DNA of 64,000 bases from Candidatus Micrarchaeota archaeon (GTDB lineage Archaea; Micrarchaeota; Micrarchaeia; Micrarchaeales; CABMGC01). The translations under genes were made by a program, and so were the position numbers. The notes beneath the pieces are model-generated. The model had not been told where the DNA came from. It searched no databases and saw only the letters and a program-made list of their open reading frames with translations. The stretch lies in assembly GCA_021850705.1 (NCBI GenBank), contig JAJZKU010000001.1, forward strand, positions 157-64,156, read 5' to 3'. Shown piece by piece: positions 1 to 9,103 of the stretch. Every line of letters begins with the position of its first letter. Position 1 is the first letter of the stretch.

Positions 1-2
1 TG

Positions 3-923
3 TTGATAGCGTTCAGTTTTGCAGTTTTCATAGTAATAGCCGTACTTGCAGTATTGAATGAAGGGCTTAATGCCTTTGTTGGAAGCATATTGAGGATTGA
101 TTGGTGGTATTTCGGTGCTGCACTCCTTGCAGTATTTGCAAGTTATGCGATAAGGTTCCCAAAGTGGCAGATGTATCTCAACAAGCTCAAGGTGAGACTG
201 AATCTCAAGACAAGTTTCATGATATACATGTCAATGTATTCAATGGATATTACCCCTGGCAGATGGGGGAGAGCTGTGGTCGCATTCACGATAAACAGGA
301 TAACCGGAGCGAAGTTTGGAAGGACCTTCCCAGCTATAGTAGCAGATAACTTTACGGACTTTCTCGGTTTTGTCATCGTAGCAGCAGTGGCAGTTTTCTT
401 TGTCAATAAGTATGTTCTGCTTTCTGTTATTCTGATTGTACTGATGCTCCTACCCTTTGTATTCTTATACATGGAGAGGCCCTTCAAGTACCTTAAATCA
501 AAATTAGACAAGATAAAAAGGCTTGAAAGCTTCTTTTCCATAGGTCTTATGTATTTCAGGAGGAAGAGGATGCTTGACAGGAACGCCTATATATTTTCAC
601 TCATAGTCACGATACCTTCGGTAATACTGATAGGGCTTGCGCTGTATTTTGTGATACTTGGGTTCGGAGTGCACCTTAGTCCAGCATACCTGCCTACCAT
701 AATATTCGTTTACTGCTTCTCAACAATGCTGGGCATGGTTACAGGAGTTCCAGGAACATTGGGAGTTACCGATGCGGCGCTGCTCACGTATATGACTGCA
801 TTGCTCCCTATCGATTTCGGGCTTGTTGCAGGCATAACGATAATGTTCAGGATAGCGACCGTATGGTTTGTGGAGCTTCTTGGCTTCGGCAGCCTTATCC
901 CGACATTCAAGTACTGGAAGTAG
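3..923 (+). CDS. Polytopic membrane protein, UPF0104 / lysyl-PG-synthase-TM (flippase-like) family; the ORF touches the window edge, so the true start may lie upstream
   Basis: 306-aa ORF with ~8 hydrophobic helices and two family-like P-G-x-x-G loops (ITPGRWGRAV, TGVPGTLGVTDAAL). Confidence 0.45.
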   Translation: MIAFSFAVFIVIAVLAVLNEGLNAFVGSILRIDWWYFGAALLAVFASYAIRFPKWQMYLNKLKVRLNLKTSFMIYMSMYSMDITPGRWGRAVVAFTINRITGAKFGRTFPAIVADNFTDFLGFVIVAAVAVFFVNKYVLLSVILIVLMLLPFVFLYMERPFKYLKSKLDKIKRLESFFSIGLMYFRRKRMLDRNAYIFSLIVTIPSVILIGLALYFVILGFGVHLSPAYLPTIIFVYCFSTMLGMVTGVPGTLGVTDAALLTYMTALLPIDFGLVAGITIMFRIATVWFVELLGFGSLIPTFKYWK

Positions 924-1671
924 AGTGACTTTCTACCGCGCGCTTCTCTGCAAAACTCATCTCCGATGGGATTACGAGGCATGCGGATCTTATCTTTCCG
1001 TTTTTTGAAAGTTCTGCTATCTCCTTTAATGGAGCATACGCTATTCGCTCTTCCTTTCTGCCTATGTCTGCCATGAATACCGCTTTGGTATCTCGGCTCA
1101 CCGTACCTTTTCCCGCTTCCAGGAGTGTAGGTATGGCCTCTGAAGCGCCTATAGATACTCCCTTCTCCTCTGTGACATCAAATAGGACAAGGGTGTGCTG
1201 TTTGTTCTCAAGGTTCTTCTTTATCACATTTACGAAAGAAGTTGGTTTGTACTTTTCCGATACTCTGGGAATTGTTGCAGTTGGCCCGAACTTGTATATG
1301 TCAAGGCCGCTCTCCCCTATCGCAGCGGTGAATATCGATGATGCATGGATTATGGATACCTTTACCTCCTGGCTCTTTGCCTCTTCTATTATTATGTGAT
1401 GGGTGGTTGCAACAAGAGGATCTCCTGGAAAGAGTATTGCAATGGTGTCTTCCTTTGCCATTGAGACCGTGCTCTTTACATGGTCTTCCAGATCTGTTCT
1501 GCTTATCTTCTTGGGCTCTTTGCCTGCAAGCACAGCTATTTCATTTATGTACTCCTGAGTTATGCTAGCGGTGTAGCCTTCATATAGGATAGAATCAGCC
1601 TTCCTTAGAAGCTCTACTGCTTTTATCGGAAGGTCGCCGGAATCAAGGCCGAGGCCTATCAGATAGAGCAT
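907..1671 (-). CDS. dph5: Diphthine synthase (tetrapyrrole-methylase fold)
   Basis: 254 aa with N-terminal MLYLIGLGL and GDPLVATTH motifs typical of Dph5; length fits. Confidence 0.85.
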   Translation of the reverse strand: MLYLIGLGLDSGDLPIKAVELLRKADSILYEGYTASITQEYINEIAVLAGKEPKKISRTDLEDHVKSTVSMAKEDTIAILFPGDPLVATTHHIIIEEAKSQEVKVSIIHASSIFTAAIGESGLDIYKFGPTATIPRVSEKYKPTSFVNVIKKNLENKQHTLVLFDVTEEKGVSIGASEAIPTLLEAGKGTVSRDTKAVFMADIGRKEERIAYAPLKEIAELSKNGKIRSACLVIPSEMSFAEKRAVESHSTSST

Positions 1672-1692
1672 GCAATCAAACCGTTGTGAGAA

Positions 1693-2643
1693 TCAGCCGG
1701 ATATGCCGTTCGGAGTTATCTTTATGACAGCTTCTCCTTCAGGCATGCTTGGCGAGTCTACAAGCTTTACAATGCGCTTCTCCTCCTTTGACTTCCTCAT
1801 GTATAGCCTTGTAGTTGCCGCGTGAGCCACTATATTGCCACCTACAGGGGTCGTAGGGTCTCCGAATAGTATTCCTGGATTATCCATGACCTGATTTGTT
1901 ATATATACGGCAAGATCGTGGGTATCGGCTAGCTGCTGGAGCTTGTGGATGTGCTGGTTGAGCTTCTGCTGCCTCTCGCCCAATGAGCCTCTTCCCAGGT
2001 ATTCTGCCCTGAATAACGCCATGAGCGAGTCCACGACTATGAGCTTGATGTTCTTTTCCTTTATCAGTTTGTCTGCACGCTCTGCGGCAAGTACCTGCTG
2101 GTCCGAAGTGTGTGCGCGTACTACGAAGATGTTCTCGAGTGCTTTCTGAGGGTCCATGCCTGCATTCTTTGCAAGCGCCTCAATCCTCTCGGGCCTGAAG
2201 GTGCCTTCCGTGTCTATGAACAGGACGGTTCCGCCAAGGCCTCCTTCTGACACAGGAAGCTGGACATTTACCGATAGCTGGAAGCCTATCTGGGTCTTCC
2301 CTGCTGCAAACTTCCCGTATGCTTCGGTAATAGCATTTGTCTCCACCCCTCCGCCAAGCAGGTCGTTAAGGTCCTTGGAGCCCGTGGTTATCTTGCCAAG
2401 TATCTTTCTCTTATCGTAAATAGCGGAGCCCGTGTCATATTCAAGGGTGGTAGCCTGCTTTGCGGCTTCTATAGCCTTCTTCGCATTCTCAACGCTCAGG
2501 TTTACAAGGTCTGAAAGCTCATGCGGAGCGGCAGTAGCTATCTTCTCTATGCTATCATATCCGAGCTCCTTGAGCTTCTCCGAAATAGTAGGCCCTATGC
2601 CAGGAAGGTCACCAAGATCTTTTATGCCTTTTTCCTTTGCCAT
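1693..2643 (-). CDS. radA: DNA repair and recombination protein RadA
   Basis: 316 aa with N-terminal HhH (LPGIGPTISEKL), Walker A (GKFAAGKTQ) and IKLIVVDS Walker B-like strand. Confidence 0.95.
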   Translation of the reverse strand: MAKEKGIKDLGDLPGIGPTISEKLKELGYDSIEKIATAAPHELSDLVNLSVENAKKAIEAAKQATTLEYDTGSAIYDKRKILGKITTGSKDLNDLLGGGVETNAITEAYGKFAAGKTQIGFQLSVNVQLPVSEGGLGGTVLFIDTEGTFRPERIEALAKNAGMDPQKALENIFVVRAHTSDQQVLAAERADKLIKEKNIKLIVVDSLMALFRAEYLGRGSLGERQQKLNQHIHKLQQLADTHDLAVYITNQVMDNPGILFGDPTTPVGGNIVAHAATTRLYMRKSKEEKRIVKLVDSPSMPEGEAVIKITPNGISG

Positions 2644-2907
2644 ATAAACTCCCCAGATTTTGTAGATAAGAAGCGGTTTATTACCTTTTATAATACGGTA
2701 TAAACGTTTCCAATATTAAATAAGATACATTAATATATAATAAGGAGTGTGTAAAAAGAGAAAGATAATTGAATAGAGTAGGAAGAGGCCAGCAACGTTT
2801 TCACGCGCTGGCAAGGCGACCAGTTACTCCTCCTCTGATAAAGAACTCGTATTGTAAAGCTCGTTTTAAAGATTTAAAAATCTTTCTGAATAGTGGAATA
2901 GAGTATA

Positions 2908-3566
2908 TGGTGAACTTCCTTACCCTTGATGGGAAAGCTGCGCTTCTTGCAGTGCTTATAGGCATACTGATAGTGCTATTTGGAGGCGTTTACGGCCCGT
3001 TCTTCCTTGCAGTTATAGTACTCTTCCTTGCCTTTTCGGCCATTGTGACAAATGTTGGTATAGGTATAAAGAAGAGGATAAAGGTGTATGAGGCGAAGAG
3101 AGGCTGGAAGAATGTAGTCGCTAATGGGATAATACCACTCATCATAGTGATTATCTATTGGTACTTTGGCAGTAAGATGTTGGATCCGATGGTGCTTGTG
3201 GTAGTTTATATTGCAAGTGTGGCCGGAACAGCTGCTGACAAGTTCGCAAGTGAGCTTGGGGTTCTTGGAGAGACGCCAATATCAATAATCACCTTCAAAA
3301 AGGTCAAGAAAGGCGTGTCTGGAGGGGTTACCGCCTTTGGGACGGTTTCCAGCTTTGTTGGGGCTGCGCTCATAGGGTTCTCAGGCATGGCAGTAGGCCT
3401 TCCCCCTGTGTATGTGTTGATAATAGCGGTTTCAGGGCTGTTGGGCTCTGTGGTAGATTCTATAGCAGGCCATTTTGAGGAGAATGGGATTGGAAATAAG
3501 TATACCTCCAACATACTCTGCGCAATAGCAGCTGCGCTCATAGCCTATGCAATTATTGCTTTGTGA
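2908..3566 (+). CDS. DUF92/TMEM19-family integral membrane protein (start moved to the first ATG; the TTG-extended ORF from 2769 is rejected)
   Basis: Multi-TM ORF; MVNFLTLDGKAALLAVLIG start sits ~30-40 nt downstream of an AT-rich TATA-like palindrome. Confidence 0.5.
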
Positions 3567-4464
3567 AGGTAAGCCAGTGCGCGAATTCAGGATCCTTTCC
3601 TGAGACTATCTCTGTGAACCTGTCCTGTATCATCTTTGTAATGGGACCTGGCTTTCCGTTGCCTATCTTCATCTTGTCTACAGACACTATTGGGGTAATT
3701 TCGGCTGCGGTTCCTGAAAAGAAGAGTTCATCTGCTGTGAGAAGCTCCTCCCTGTGCACAAGCCTCTCTTCCACAGTTATGCCTATGCTTTCCGCTATCT
3801 TCATCACCGAATCTCTGGTTATACCCAGGAGTATGTCCGACTCTATTGAAGGTGTCAGCAGCTTGTTGTCTTCCACAAGGAAGATGTTCTCTCCCGGTCC
3901 TTCCGCCACCCATCCGTTTGTAGAAAGCATTATTGCCTCTTCTGCACCTGAGTTCTTTGCCTCTTTTGAAGCCATTACCGATGTTGCGTAGTTGCCGCTC
4001 AGCTTTGCCTGAGGAGGCAGTATCTGGGAGTTTATCCTGCGCATCGATGAGATCTTGCAGGTTATGCCCTTGTCCTTATCTCCGAAGTAGTTGCCGAAGG
4101 GCACGGCTATTATCGCAACGCTTATCTTCTTCCCTTCAGTGTCAAGCCCTATCTTAGGGTCATTGTAGAATCCGAACGGGCGTATGTAGCATGAGGCGAG
4201 CTTGTTCTTTTCCACTATCTCCAATATCGCCTTTTCCAGCTCCTTCTGGCTGCAGTTAAGCTGCATTCCTGCAATCTTTGCCGTTCTGATGAATCTTGCT
4301 GCGTGTTCCTTAAGCCTGAATACTGCAGGGCCTTTTGCAGTAGAGTATGCCCTTATGCCTTCGAATATCCCGCTCCCATACTGCAGTGAGTGCGTAGAGA
4401 TAGGCACAACCGCCTTTTCAGAATCTATGAATCTTCCATCCAACCATACGTAGCTTTTAGCCAT
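3553..4464 (-). CDS. ilvE: Branched-chain amino acid aminotransferase (class IV PLP fold)
   Basis: 303 aa with GSGIFEGIRAY, YIRP and GENIFLV motifs characteristic of IlvE. Confidence 0.85.
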   Translation of the reverse strand: MAKSYVWLDGRFIDSEKAVVPISTHSLQYGSGIFEGIRAYSTAKGPAVFRLKEHAARFIRTAKIAGMQLNCSQKELEKAILEIVEKNKLASCYIRPFGFYNDPKIGLDTEGKKISVAIIAVPFGNYFGDKDKGITCKISSMRRINSQILPPQAKLSGNYATSVMASKEAKNSGAEEAIMLSTNGWVAEGPGENIFLVEDNKLLTPSIESDILLGITRDSVMKIAESIGITVEERLVHREELLTADELFFSGTAAEITPIVSVDKMKIGNGKPGPITKMIQDRFTEIVSGKDPEFAHWLTFTKQ

Positions 4465-4623
4465 GTAATCAGTCTTATTACTGCTTTAAGTTTATTTAAA
4501 TATACGGATTACGCGGGTTTTTGCAGATTGTCAGATATTTTATATAGAATGGTGAGATAGACAACTGTCAAGATAAATAATTGTTTTTAAATATGAAAAA
4601 TAGCATACTATCTTTGTGATAAT

Positions 4624-4878
4624 ATGAACACCACGAGAGTAAGGAATTGGACAGAAAGTGATAAGCCGGAAATAAGTAAATCTGTAGCTAAACTTTATAG
4701 GGGCGGATATGTGGCAGGAGGAGCACTGGGAGGGATTATAGGAGCATATGTATCTGGCGGCCATGTGACTCTGGAGGGCTCCGTTGCCTTTTTGGCTGCT
4801 GCGGCGGCAGGTCTGGCGATTACAACAGCCGGAAAGAAAGAGCATCTTGATGAACTTAAGAATTCTAAAAGAGAGTAG
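4624..4878 (+). CDS. Small glycine-zipper membrane protein (hypothetical)
   Basis: 84 aa with GGYVAGGALGGIIGAYVSGG glycine zipper and an Ala-rich helix; followed by a T-run terminator. Confidence 0.35.
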   Translation: MNTTRVRNWTESDKPEISKSVAKLYRGGYVAGGALGGIIGAYVSGGHVTLEGSVAFLAAAAAGLAITTAGKKEHLDELKNSKRE

Positions 4879-4890
4879 AGAGATCTGCTC

Positions 4891-4904
4891 TTTTTTTTCT
4901 TTTT
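4891..4904 (+). terminator. Oligo-T archaeal terminator candidate
   Basis: TTTTTTTTCTTTTT begins 13 nt after the TAG stop at 4876-4878. Confidence 0.5.
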
Positions 4905-4910
4905 AATCCG

Positions 4911-4920
4911 TATTTAAATA
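4911..4920 (+). promoter_or_regulatory. TATA-box candidate for the flippase gene
   Basis: TATTTAAATA lies 33-42 nt upstream of the ATG at 4953; the same motif recurs upstream of other genes in the window. Confidence 0.45.
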
Positions 4921-4952
4921 TTTGTCCGCTTAGTCTGTATTGGTTATGATAA

Positions 4953-6533
4953 ATGGCTAAATCAGGTTCGGGTTTGGGTGCAAAGGCAGCTGGTACCATA
5001 TACCCGCTCTTTATCGGAAATGCGCTTGGTGTCTTGCTTGCAGCTTTCAAAATAATAATAGCTACAAGGCTGCTTGGAGCTGCGCTCTTCGGGGTTTACG
5101 TATTTATAGTCAGCTATTATACGCTCATCGGAAGCGTTACTGATTTTGGCATATCCTCTTATTTCAAGAAGTATGTTGCCGAATTAAATTACAAAAAAGA
5201 CGGGAAGAGCATGCAGGAGGTTCTTTCTGCAGGTTTTGTCTCTGTGGCTCTGGTCAGTCTGCTCCTTGCGCTGTTAGGTATCCTTCTAAGTGGTTATGTA
5301 GCATCGGTATTTGGTAGTGCAATAGGGGTGACACAGGCTCTGCTTGAACTTGGCTCGCTTATACTCTTCTCAGCCATAATGTATGGTGCTGTTGCTGGAA
5401 TACTCATAGGGCTGGGAAGGGGCAGGGACTTCTCAGTGGCATATCTGGCATACATGGCTTCGGATCTTACAATAACTGCCTATACACTGCTTAACGGCTA
5501 TGGAGTTGTGGGAATACTGCTTGGCACACTCATAGGAAGCATAATAGGGCTCATAGTGGCGCTCTTCTACATAAACAGGTATCTCTCGCAGTATATGGAT
5601 TTCTGCCCGTGGTATCCCAAAGTGCCGGATGTCAAAAAAGCACTTGCATTCTCTTATCCGCTTGCAATCTATAACTTTTTTACGAATAGCATGCAGAACT
5701 TCTCTGTCATTCTTCTTGGATTTTTTGTAAGCGAGACCGTGATAGGAAATTACGGGACTGCGCTGAAAGGGCTCTCGGTACTCCTTGTATTCTATGGTTC
5801 TGTAGTGGCTGTTATGCTGCCTACGTTTTCAGAAGCAGCTAAGAAGAGTGCAAAGAGAGCTTATAGCGAAGGCGTCTTCAATGCATCTGTACTCTATTCG
5901 GTCTTTGTCACATTTCCAATCCTTCTCTTCTTTGCCATATTCAGCAAATCCATGATATACATATTGATAGGGAGCAGCTATACGCTTGCGCCATTTTACC
6001 TGACATTAATCGCCATAGGAACGATTATGGGGCTGATAGGCTTCTTTTCCGGGTCCATGCTCATAGCACGAGGATTTACAAAGAAGATCCTGAAATATGG
6101 TGCACTCTCTTCTATACTGCAGTTTGCTTCTATGCTGCTTCTCGTACCTTATTTTGGAGTAGTAGGGGCAATAGCAGGCATATTCTTCATTGGGAGCGTT
6201 GCTAACAGCGTATTCTTCACCTTTGCAGTTTCGCGCATGCTTAGAATAAAGATCAATATCTCGAAGTTCTCAAGGCTAACTCTTGCAAACATAGGAGCTG
6301 CGATACTTATGCTGATCGCCCTGTTTGCAACACAGTCGATGGCAGTTGAGATAATAGCAGGATTGGCCATACTGGTAATAGCATATCCTGCACTTGTAGT
6401 AATTTCAAGAGCCATGGACAATGCAGAGATAGAATATTTCAAATCAAGCACCTCTTCGCTTGCGTTTGCAGGTCCTGTCATAGGAGCAGTATGCGATTAT
6501 ATGGCAGCAGTAGGTGAACGTGTAGGCAGTTGA
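4953..6533 (+). CDS. MOP/Wzx-type polysaccharide (oligosaccharide) flippase
   Basis: 526 aa with ~14 predicted TM helices and the general architecture of polysaccharide-biosynthesis flippases. Confidence 0.6.
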   Translation: MAKSGSGLGAKAAGTIYPLFIGNALGVLLAAFKIIIATRLLGAALFGVYVFIVSYYTLIGSVTDFGISSYFKKYVAELNYKKDGKSMQEVLSAGFVSVALVSLLLALLGILLSGYVASVFGSAIGVTQALLELGSLILFSAIMYGAVAGILIGLGRGRDFSVAYLAYMASDLTITAYTLLNGYGVVGILLGTLIGSIIGLIVALFYINRYLSQYMDFCPWYPKVPDVKKALAFSYPLAIYNFFTNSMQNFSVILLGFFVSETVIGNYGTALKGLSVLLVFYGSVVAVMLPTFSEAAKKSAKRAYSEGVFNASVLYSVFVTFPILLFFAIFSKSMIYILIGSSYTLAPFYLTLIAIGTIMGLIGFFSGSMLIARGFTKKILKYGALSSILQFASMLLLVPYFGVVGAIAGIFFIGSVANSVFFTFAVSRMLRIKINISKFSRLTLANIGAAILMLIALFATQSMAVEIIAGLAILVIAYPALVVISRAMDNAEIEYFKSSTSSLAFAGPVIGAVCDYMAAVGERVGS

Positions 6534-6607
6534 TGCGCCAGCCGGGATTTGAACCCGGGTTATTGCCTTGGGAAGGCAAAGTCCTGGCCAGGCTAGACTA
6601 CTGGCGC
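6534..6607 (-). tRNA. tRNA-Gly (anticodon CCC)
   Basis: Hand-folded cloverleaf: acceptor GCGCCAG/CTGGCGC, anticodon arm TTGCC-TTCCCAA-GGCAA, T-arm CCGGG-TTCAAAT-CCCGG; 74 nt, no encoded CCA. Confidence 0.9.
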
Positions 6608-7360
6608 CTATCTAATATAAGGCATTCCTTCTGAAGGTTTTGATGGATCATGCGTATCTATAGACTGCTCTATTTCCTTTATCACGCGTTCCGTCTCCTT
6701 CTTGAGTTTGTCCAGGTTTTCAAGCTCTATCTTCGTGCCTATTATATTCTCCATTACACGCAGGACGGCCCTGGCAGCGCTTGCGTCTATTTCAAGGAAG
6801 CCTGTCTCGCCCATAAGGCATGCCGAAGGTATGTCATACTTCTGTGCAAAAACAGGTATGAGCCCTGCGGATCCCCATATGGTACCGGTTATCTTACCGA
6901 ATATTACACCTTGCTTTTCCAGCTCCTTCCTCATGGTCTTGTCGTTTGAGACCGCAAAGACCTTCGGTGATTCAGTATATTTATTGGATGCGTTGTATCC
7001 GCCTATAGTATAGATACGCTTCCCGCCGAGTTTCTTGAAAAACTTGACTATCAGTTCATTAACCTCGTACTGCCCTTCTGAGGATGGAGATTGCGTGTCT
7101 CCAAGAAGTACCAGTATGTCCTTTCCTTTTATGTTTTTGTAATAGAATCTGTTGCTTACCGCCCTGAAGCCTCCGCTCTTGAGCATCAGGACCTGATGGA
7201 GAAAGTATGGAGAATAGAGAGTGGCGAATTTCTCGGCTTTTATTGACTTTCGTATATGCTCAGCTGCAAGATTGCCGACGTTTCCTATACCCGGAAGTCC
7301 TACTATCAGTATAGGATCCTTAAGCTTCTTTTTCTTGTAGTATATCTTGGTCTTGTCCAG
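6608..7360 (-). CDS. PAC2-family proteasome assembly chaperone; start codon uncertain (no ATG/GTG/TTG in the conserved-looking N-terminal extension)
   Basis: The frame stays open upstream of the ATG at 7186 back to 7372 and encodes DPILIVGLPGIGNVGNLAAEHI, the usual PAC2 N-terminus. Confidence 0.6.
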   Translation of the reverse strand: MDKTKIYYKKKKLKDPILIVGLPGIGNVGNLAAEHIRKSIKAEKFATLYSPYFLHQVLMLKSGGFRAVSNRFYYKNIKGKDILVLLGDTQSPSSEGQYEVNELIVKFFKKLGGKRIYTIGGYNASNKYTESPKVFAVSNDKTMRKELEKQGVIFGKITGTIWGSAGLIPVFAQKYDIPSACLMGETGFLEIDASAARAVLRVMENIIGTKIELENLDKLKKETERVIKEIEQSIDTHDPSKPSEGMPYIR

Positions 7361-7364
7361 GCAA

Positions 7365-8123
7365 TCACTTGTTCACTTTCTTAAAAGCATACTGAACGTC
7401 GGAAGAGTGCTTTTCCAGTATCGCTTCTGCACTCTTTATCCTCGCTTCTGCTTTCGTGTAATCGGAATCTGTTGATGTAAGGGAGTAATGCGGAGCTCCC
7501 AGATATCTGGTCTCATTTCCCTGAGCGGCTATCTCCTTCAGAAGCGTCTTTATCAGGATTATCCCTTTCTGGGGATTTGTCACGTTGAGTTCCAGATTGT
7601 AAGAAACAGTATATGTCTTTGGTTTTATGTTCTTGTTTGCGGCTTCGTAGAATGCTTCCTTGAAGGTATTGTCTCCGCACGCTGCGAGAGGATCCTTGCC
7701 TTCATAAGCAAGAGTTAGCAGTTCGTGGTATGTCATTATGTTCTGAGGTATCTTGCTTATTATTTCCTCTTTGGCATTCTCTTTCTTTGCAAGTTTTGCC
7801 GTGCTGTCGAATATTGCCTTTGCCCTTTTCTCCGCGCTGTAATCGTTTATCTTATCCTTCTTCTCCTTCTGTGTTACCTTTTTCAGTGAGATGTCCACAG
7901 CGTTCTTAGTAGGATCTATGAAGATTACCTTTGCTACGTCCTGCTGCCCCTCTCTTATGAATTCATGTATGTTCTTTATCCAGCCTGAAGAGACTTCAGA
8001 TATAGGAAGATAGGCGTCCACGCCGTACTCTTCAAGCTTGCAGTACGCACCGTGAGGGGTAACCTTTGTTATCTTTATTATTACGAACTCTCCCTGTATG
8101 GGAAGCTCTTTTTTTCTTAACAT
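7365..8123 (-). CDS. Translation initiation factor aIF2 alpha subunit
   Basis: 252 aa with N-terminal S1 domain (GEFVIIKITKVTPHGAYCKLEEY...ISEVSSGWIKNI) followed by a helical/alpha-beta C-terminus. Confidence 0.85.
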   Translation of the reverse strand: MLRKKELPIQGEFVIIKITKVTPHGAYCKLEEYGVDAYLPISEVSSGWIKNIHEFIREGQQDVAKVIFIDPTKNAVDISLKKVTQKEKKDKINDYSAEKRAKAIFDSTAKLAKKENAKEEIISKIPQNIMTYHELLTLAYEGKDPLAACGDNTFKEAFYEAANKNIKPKTYTVSYNLELNVTNPQKGIILIKTLLKEIAAQGNETRYLGAPHYSLTSTDSDYTKAEARIKSAEAILEKHSSDVQYAFKKVNK

Positions 8124-8127
8124 TTAA

Positions 8128-8409
8128 TCAGTGCTTTATTTCGATCTTCTTCTTTGTCCTCCTGCCGAATACCCTTTCTGTTGTCTTCTTGCATACAGTA
8201 CATTGTACCATTACCTTCTGTCTCTTGCCCAGTTTCTTGGGGTGTATCTTAGGCTCGACGCTGCCTACATAACCCTTAATTGCTCTGTTGTGCCTCCTTG
8301 TACCTAGGCTTAACCCTGACTGCGGCTTTTTGTTATACGGCTTCACAAGCTGTTTTGTATGCTTGCCGCAGAATTTGCAATACATATTCAATTCCTTATC
8401 TATTTTCAT
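8128..8409 (-). CDS. rpl44e: Ribosomal protein L44e (eL42)
   Basis: 93 aa, basic, with two CxxC pairs (CKFCGKH, CTVCKK) and KGYVG motif. Confidence 0.85.
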   Translation of the reverse strand: MKIDKELNMYCKFCGKHTKQLVKPYNKKPQSGLSLGTRRHNRAIKGYVGSVEPKIHPKKLGKRQKVMVQCTVCKKTTERVFGRRTKKKIEIKH

Positions 8410-8417
8410 AAAATCAC

Positions 8418-8864
8418 TTAACCTATTTTCTCTCCTATATTGTTTTCTATTATAAACATAATATCGTCATTGCTGTTTATATCTATTATCTCATTTTTGT
8501 TATACGGCCCTAGTTTCGTGCCTGTGTTTGTTATTATTTCTGGTACGTCCATGTTTATCTTGATTTTGGTAGAATTTTGGATTTTGCCTTTCTTGAGAAC
8601 CGCTCTTATTTTTGAGTATATTTCCTGCTCCTCATCTGCAACCTCGTTGCCTATCTGTTTATCATATGCAAGATACATTAATATTTTCTGTGTCCTTTTC
8701 TCTTTTAGGAAACCAAGCGTGTTTGAAATATTTGTTTTTTCAACCTCGTTTTTAGAGTTTTTGATCAAATCCTCGGCTTCTTTGTAAAAATCCTTATGCA
8801 TAGGGAGAAGTTTGCTCGTGTTTTTCTCTTTCTTATAAAAATCTATAAGGTCTAAATACTCCAT
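8418..8864 (-). CDS. GINS subunit (Gins51/Gins15-like)
   Basis: 148 aa; N-terminal pattern L..FYKKEK....L.P...DFY and a C-terminal small beta-domain; visibly AT-rich. Confidence 0.55.
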   Translation of the reverse strand: MEYLDLIDFYKKEKNTSKLLPMHKDFYKEAEDLIKNSKNEVEKTNISNTLGFLKEKRTQKILMYLAYDKQIGNEVADEEQEIYSKIRAVLKKGKIQNSTKIKINMDVPEIITNTGTKLGPYNKNEIIDINSNDDIMFIIENNIGEKIG

Positions 8865-8875
8865 TTTTACACAAC

Positions 8876-8987
8876 AGGGTTGAGTTCCACTAATATTTTA
8901 TTTTGCTCTGCAAATAAAAAATAAATACTAAAGCGTAATTTACTACTATATATTATATAAGTAAGCCGAATAGTGGAACTGTACCCT
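8876..8987. repeat. Interrupted 15-bp inverted repeat enclosing a 78-bp AT-rich core
   Basis: AGGGT-tg-AGTTCCACTA (8876-8892) is the reverse complement of TAGTGGAACT-gt-ACCCT (8971-8987). Confidence 0.7.
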
Positions 8988-8995
8988 CTACTGTA

Positions 8996-9070
8996 TAGCG
9001 AGAGGTGGATTTGAACCACCGATCTCCGGGTTATGAGCCCGGCGGGCACTCCAGTCTACCCTACCTCGCT
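8996..9070 (-). tRNA. Initiator tRNA-Met (anticodon CAT)
   Basis: 75-nt cloverleaf with A1:U72, three G:C pairs closing the anticodon stem (CCGGG-CTCATAA-CCCGG) and T-arm GGTGG-TTCAAAT-CCACC. Confidence 0.9.
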
Positions 9071-9103
9071 ACTGTGATATAAGAAGGACAAGATTACTTT
9101 ACC

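Noticed and set aside
2769-2907. A TTG-initiated 46-aa Arg-rich extension of the DUF92 ORF; also a GCCAGC/GCTGGC hairpin, an AAAGATTT..AAATCTTT palindrome and GAATAGAGTA direct repeats that looked like a structured RNA
   Set aside because: The extension has no TM or family features. The AT-rich palindrome sits at TATA-box distance (28-40 nt) from the ATG at 2908. The simplest reading is a divergent radA/DUF92 promoter region.
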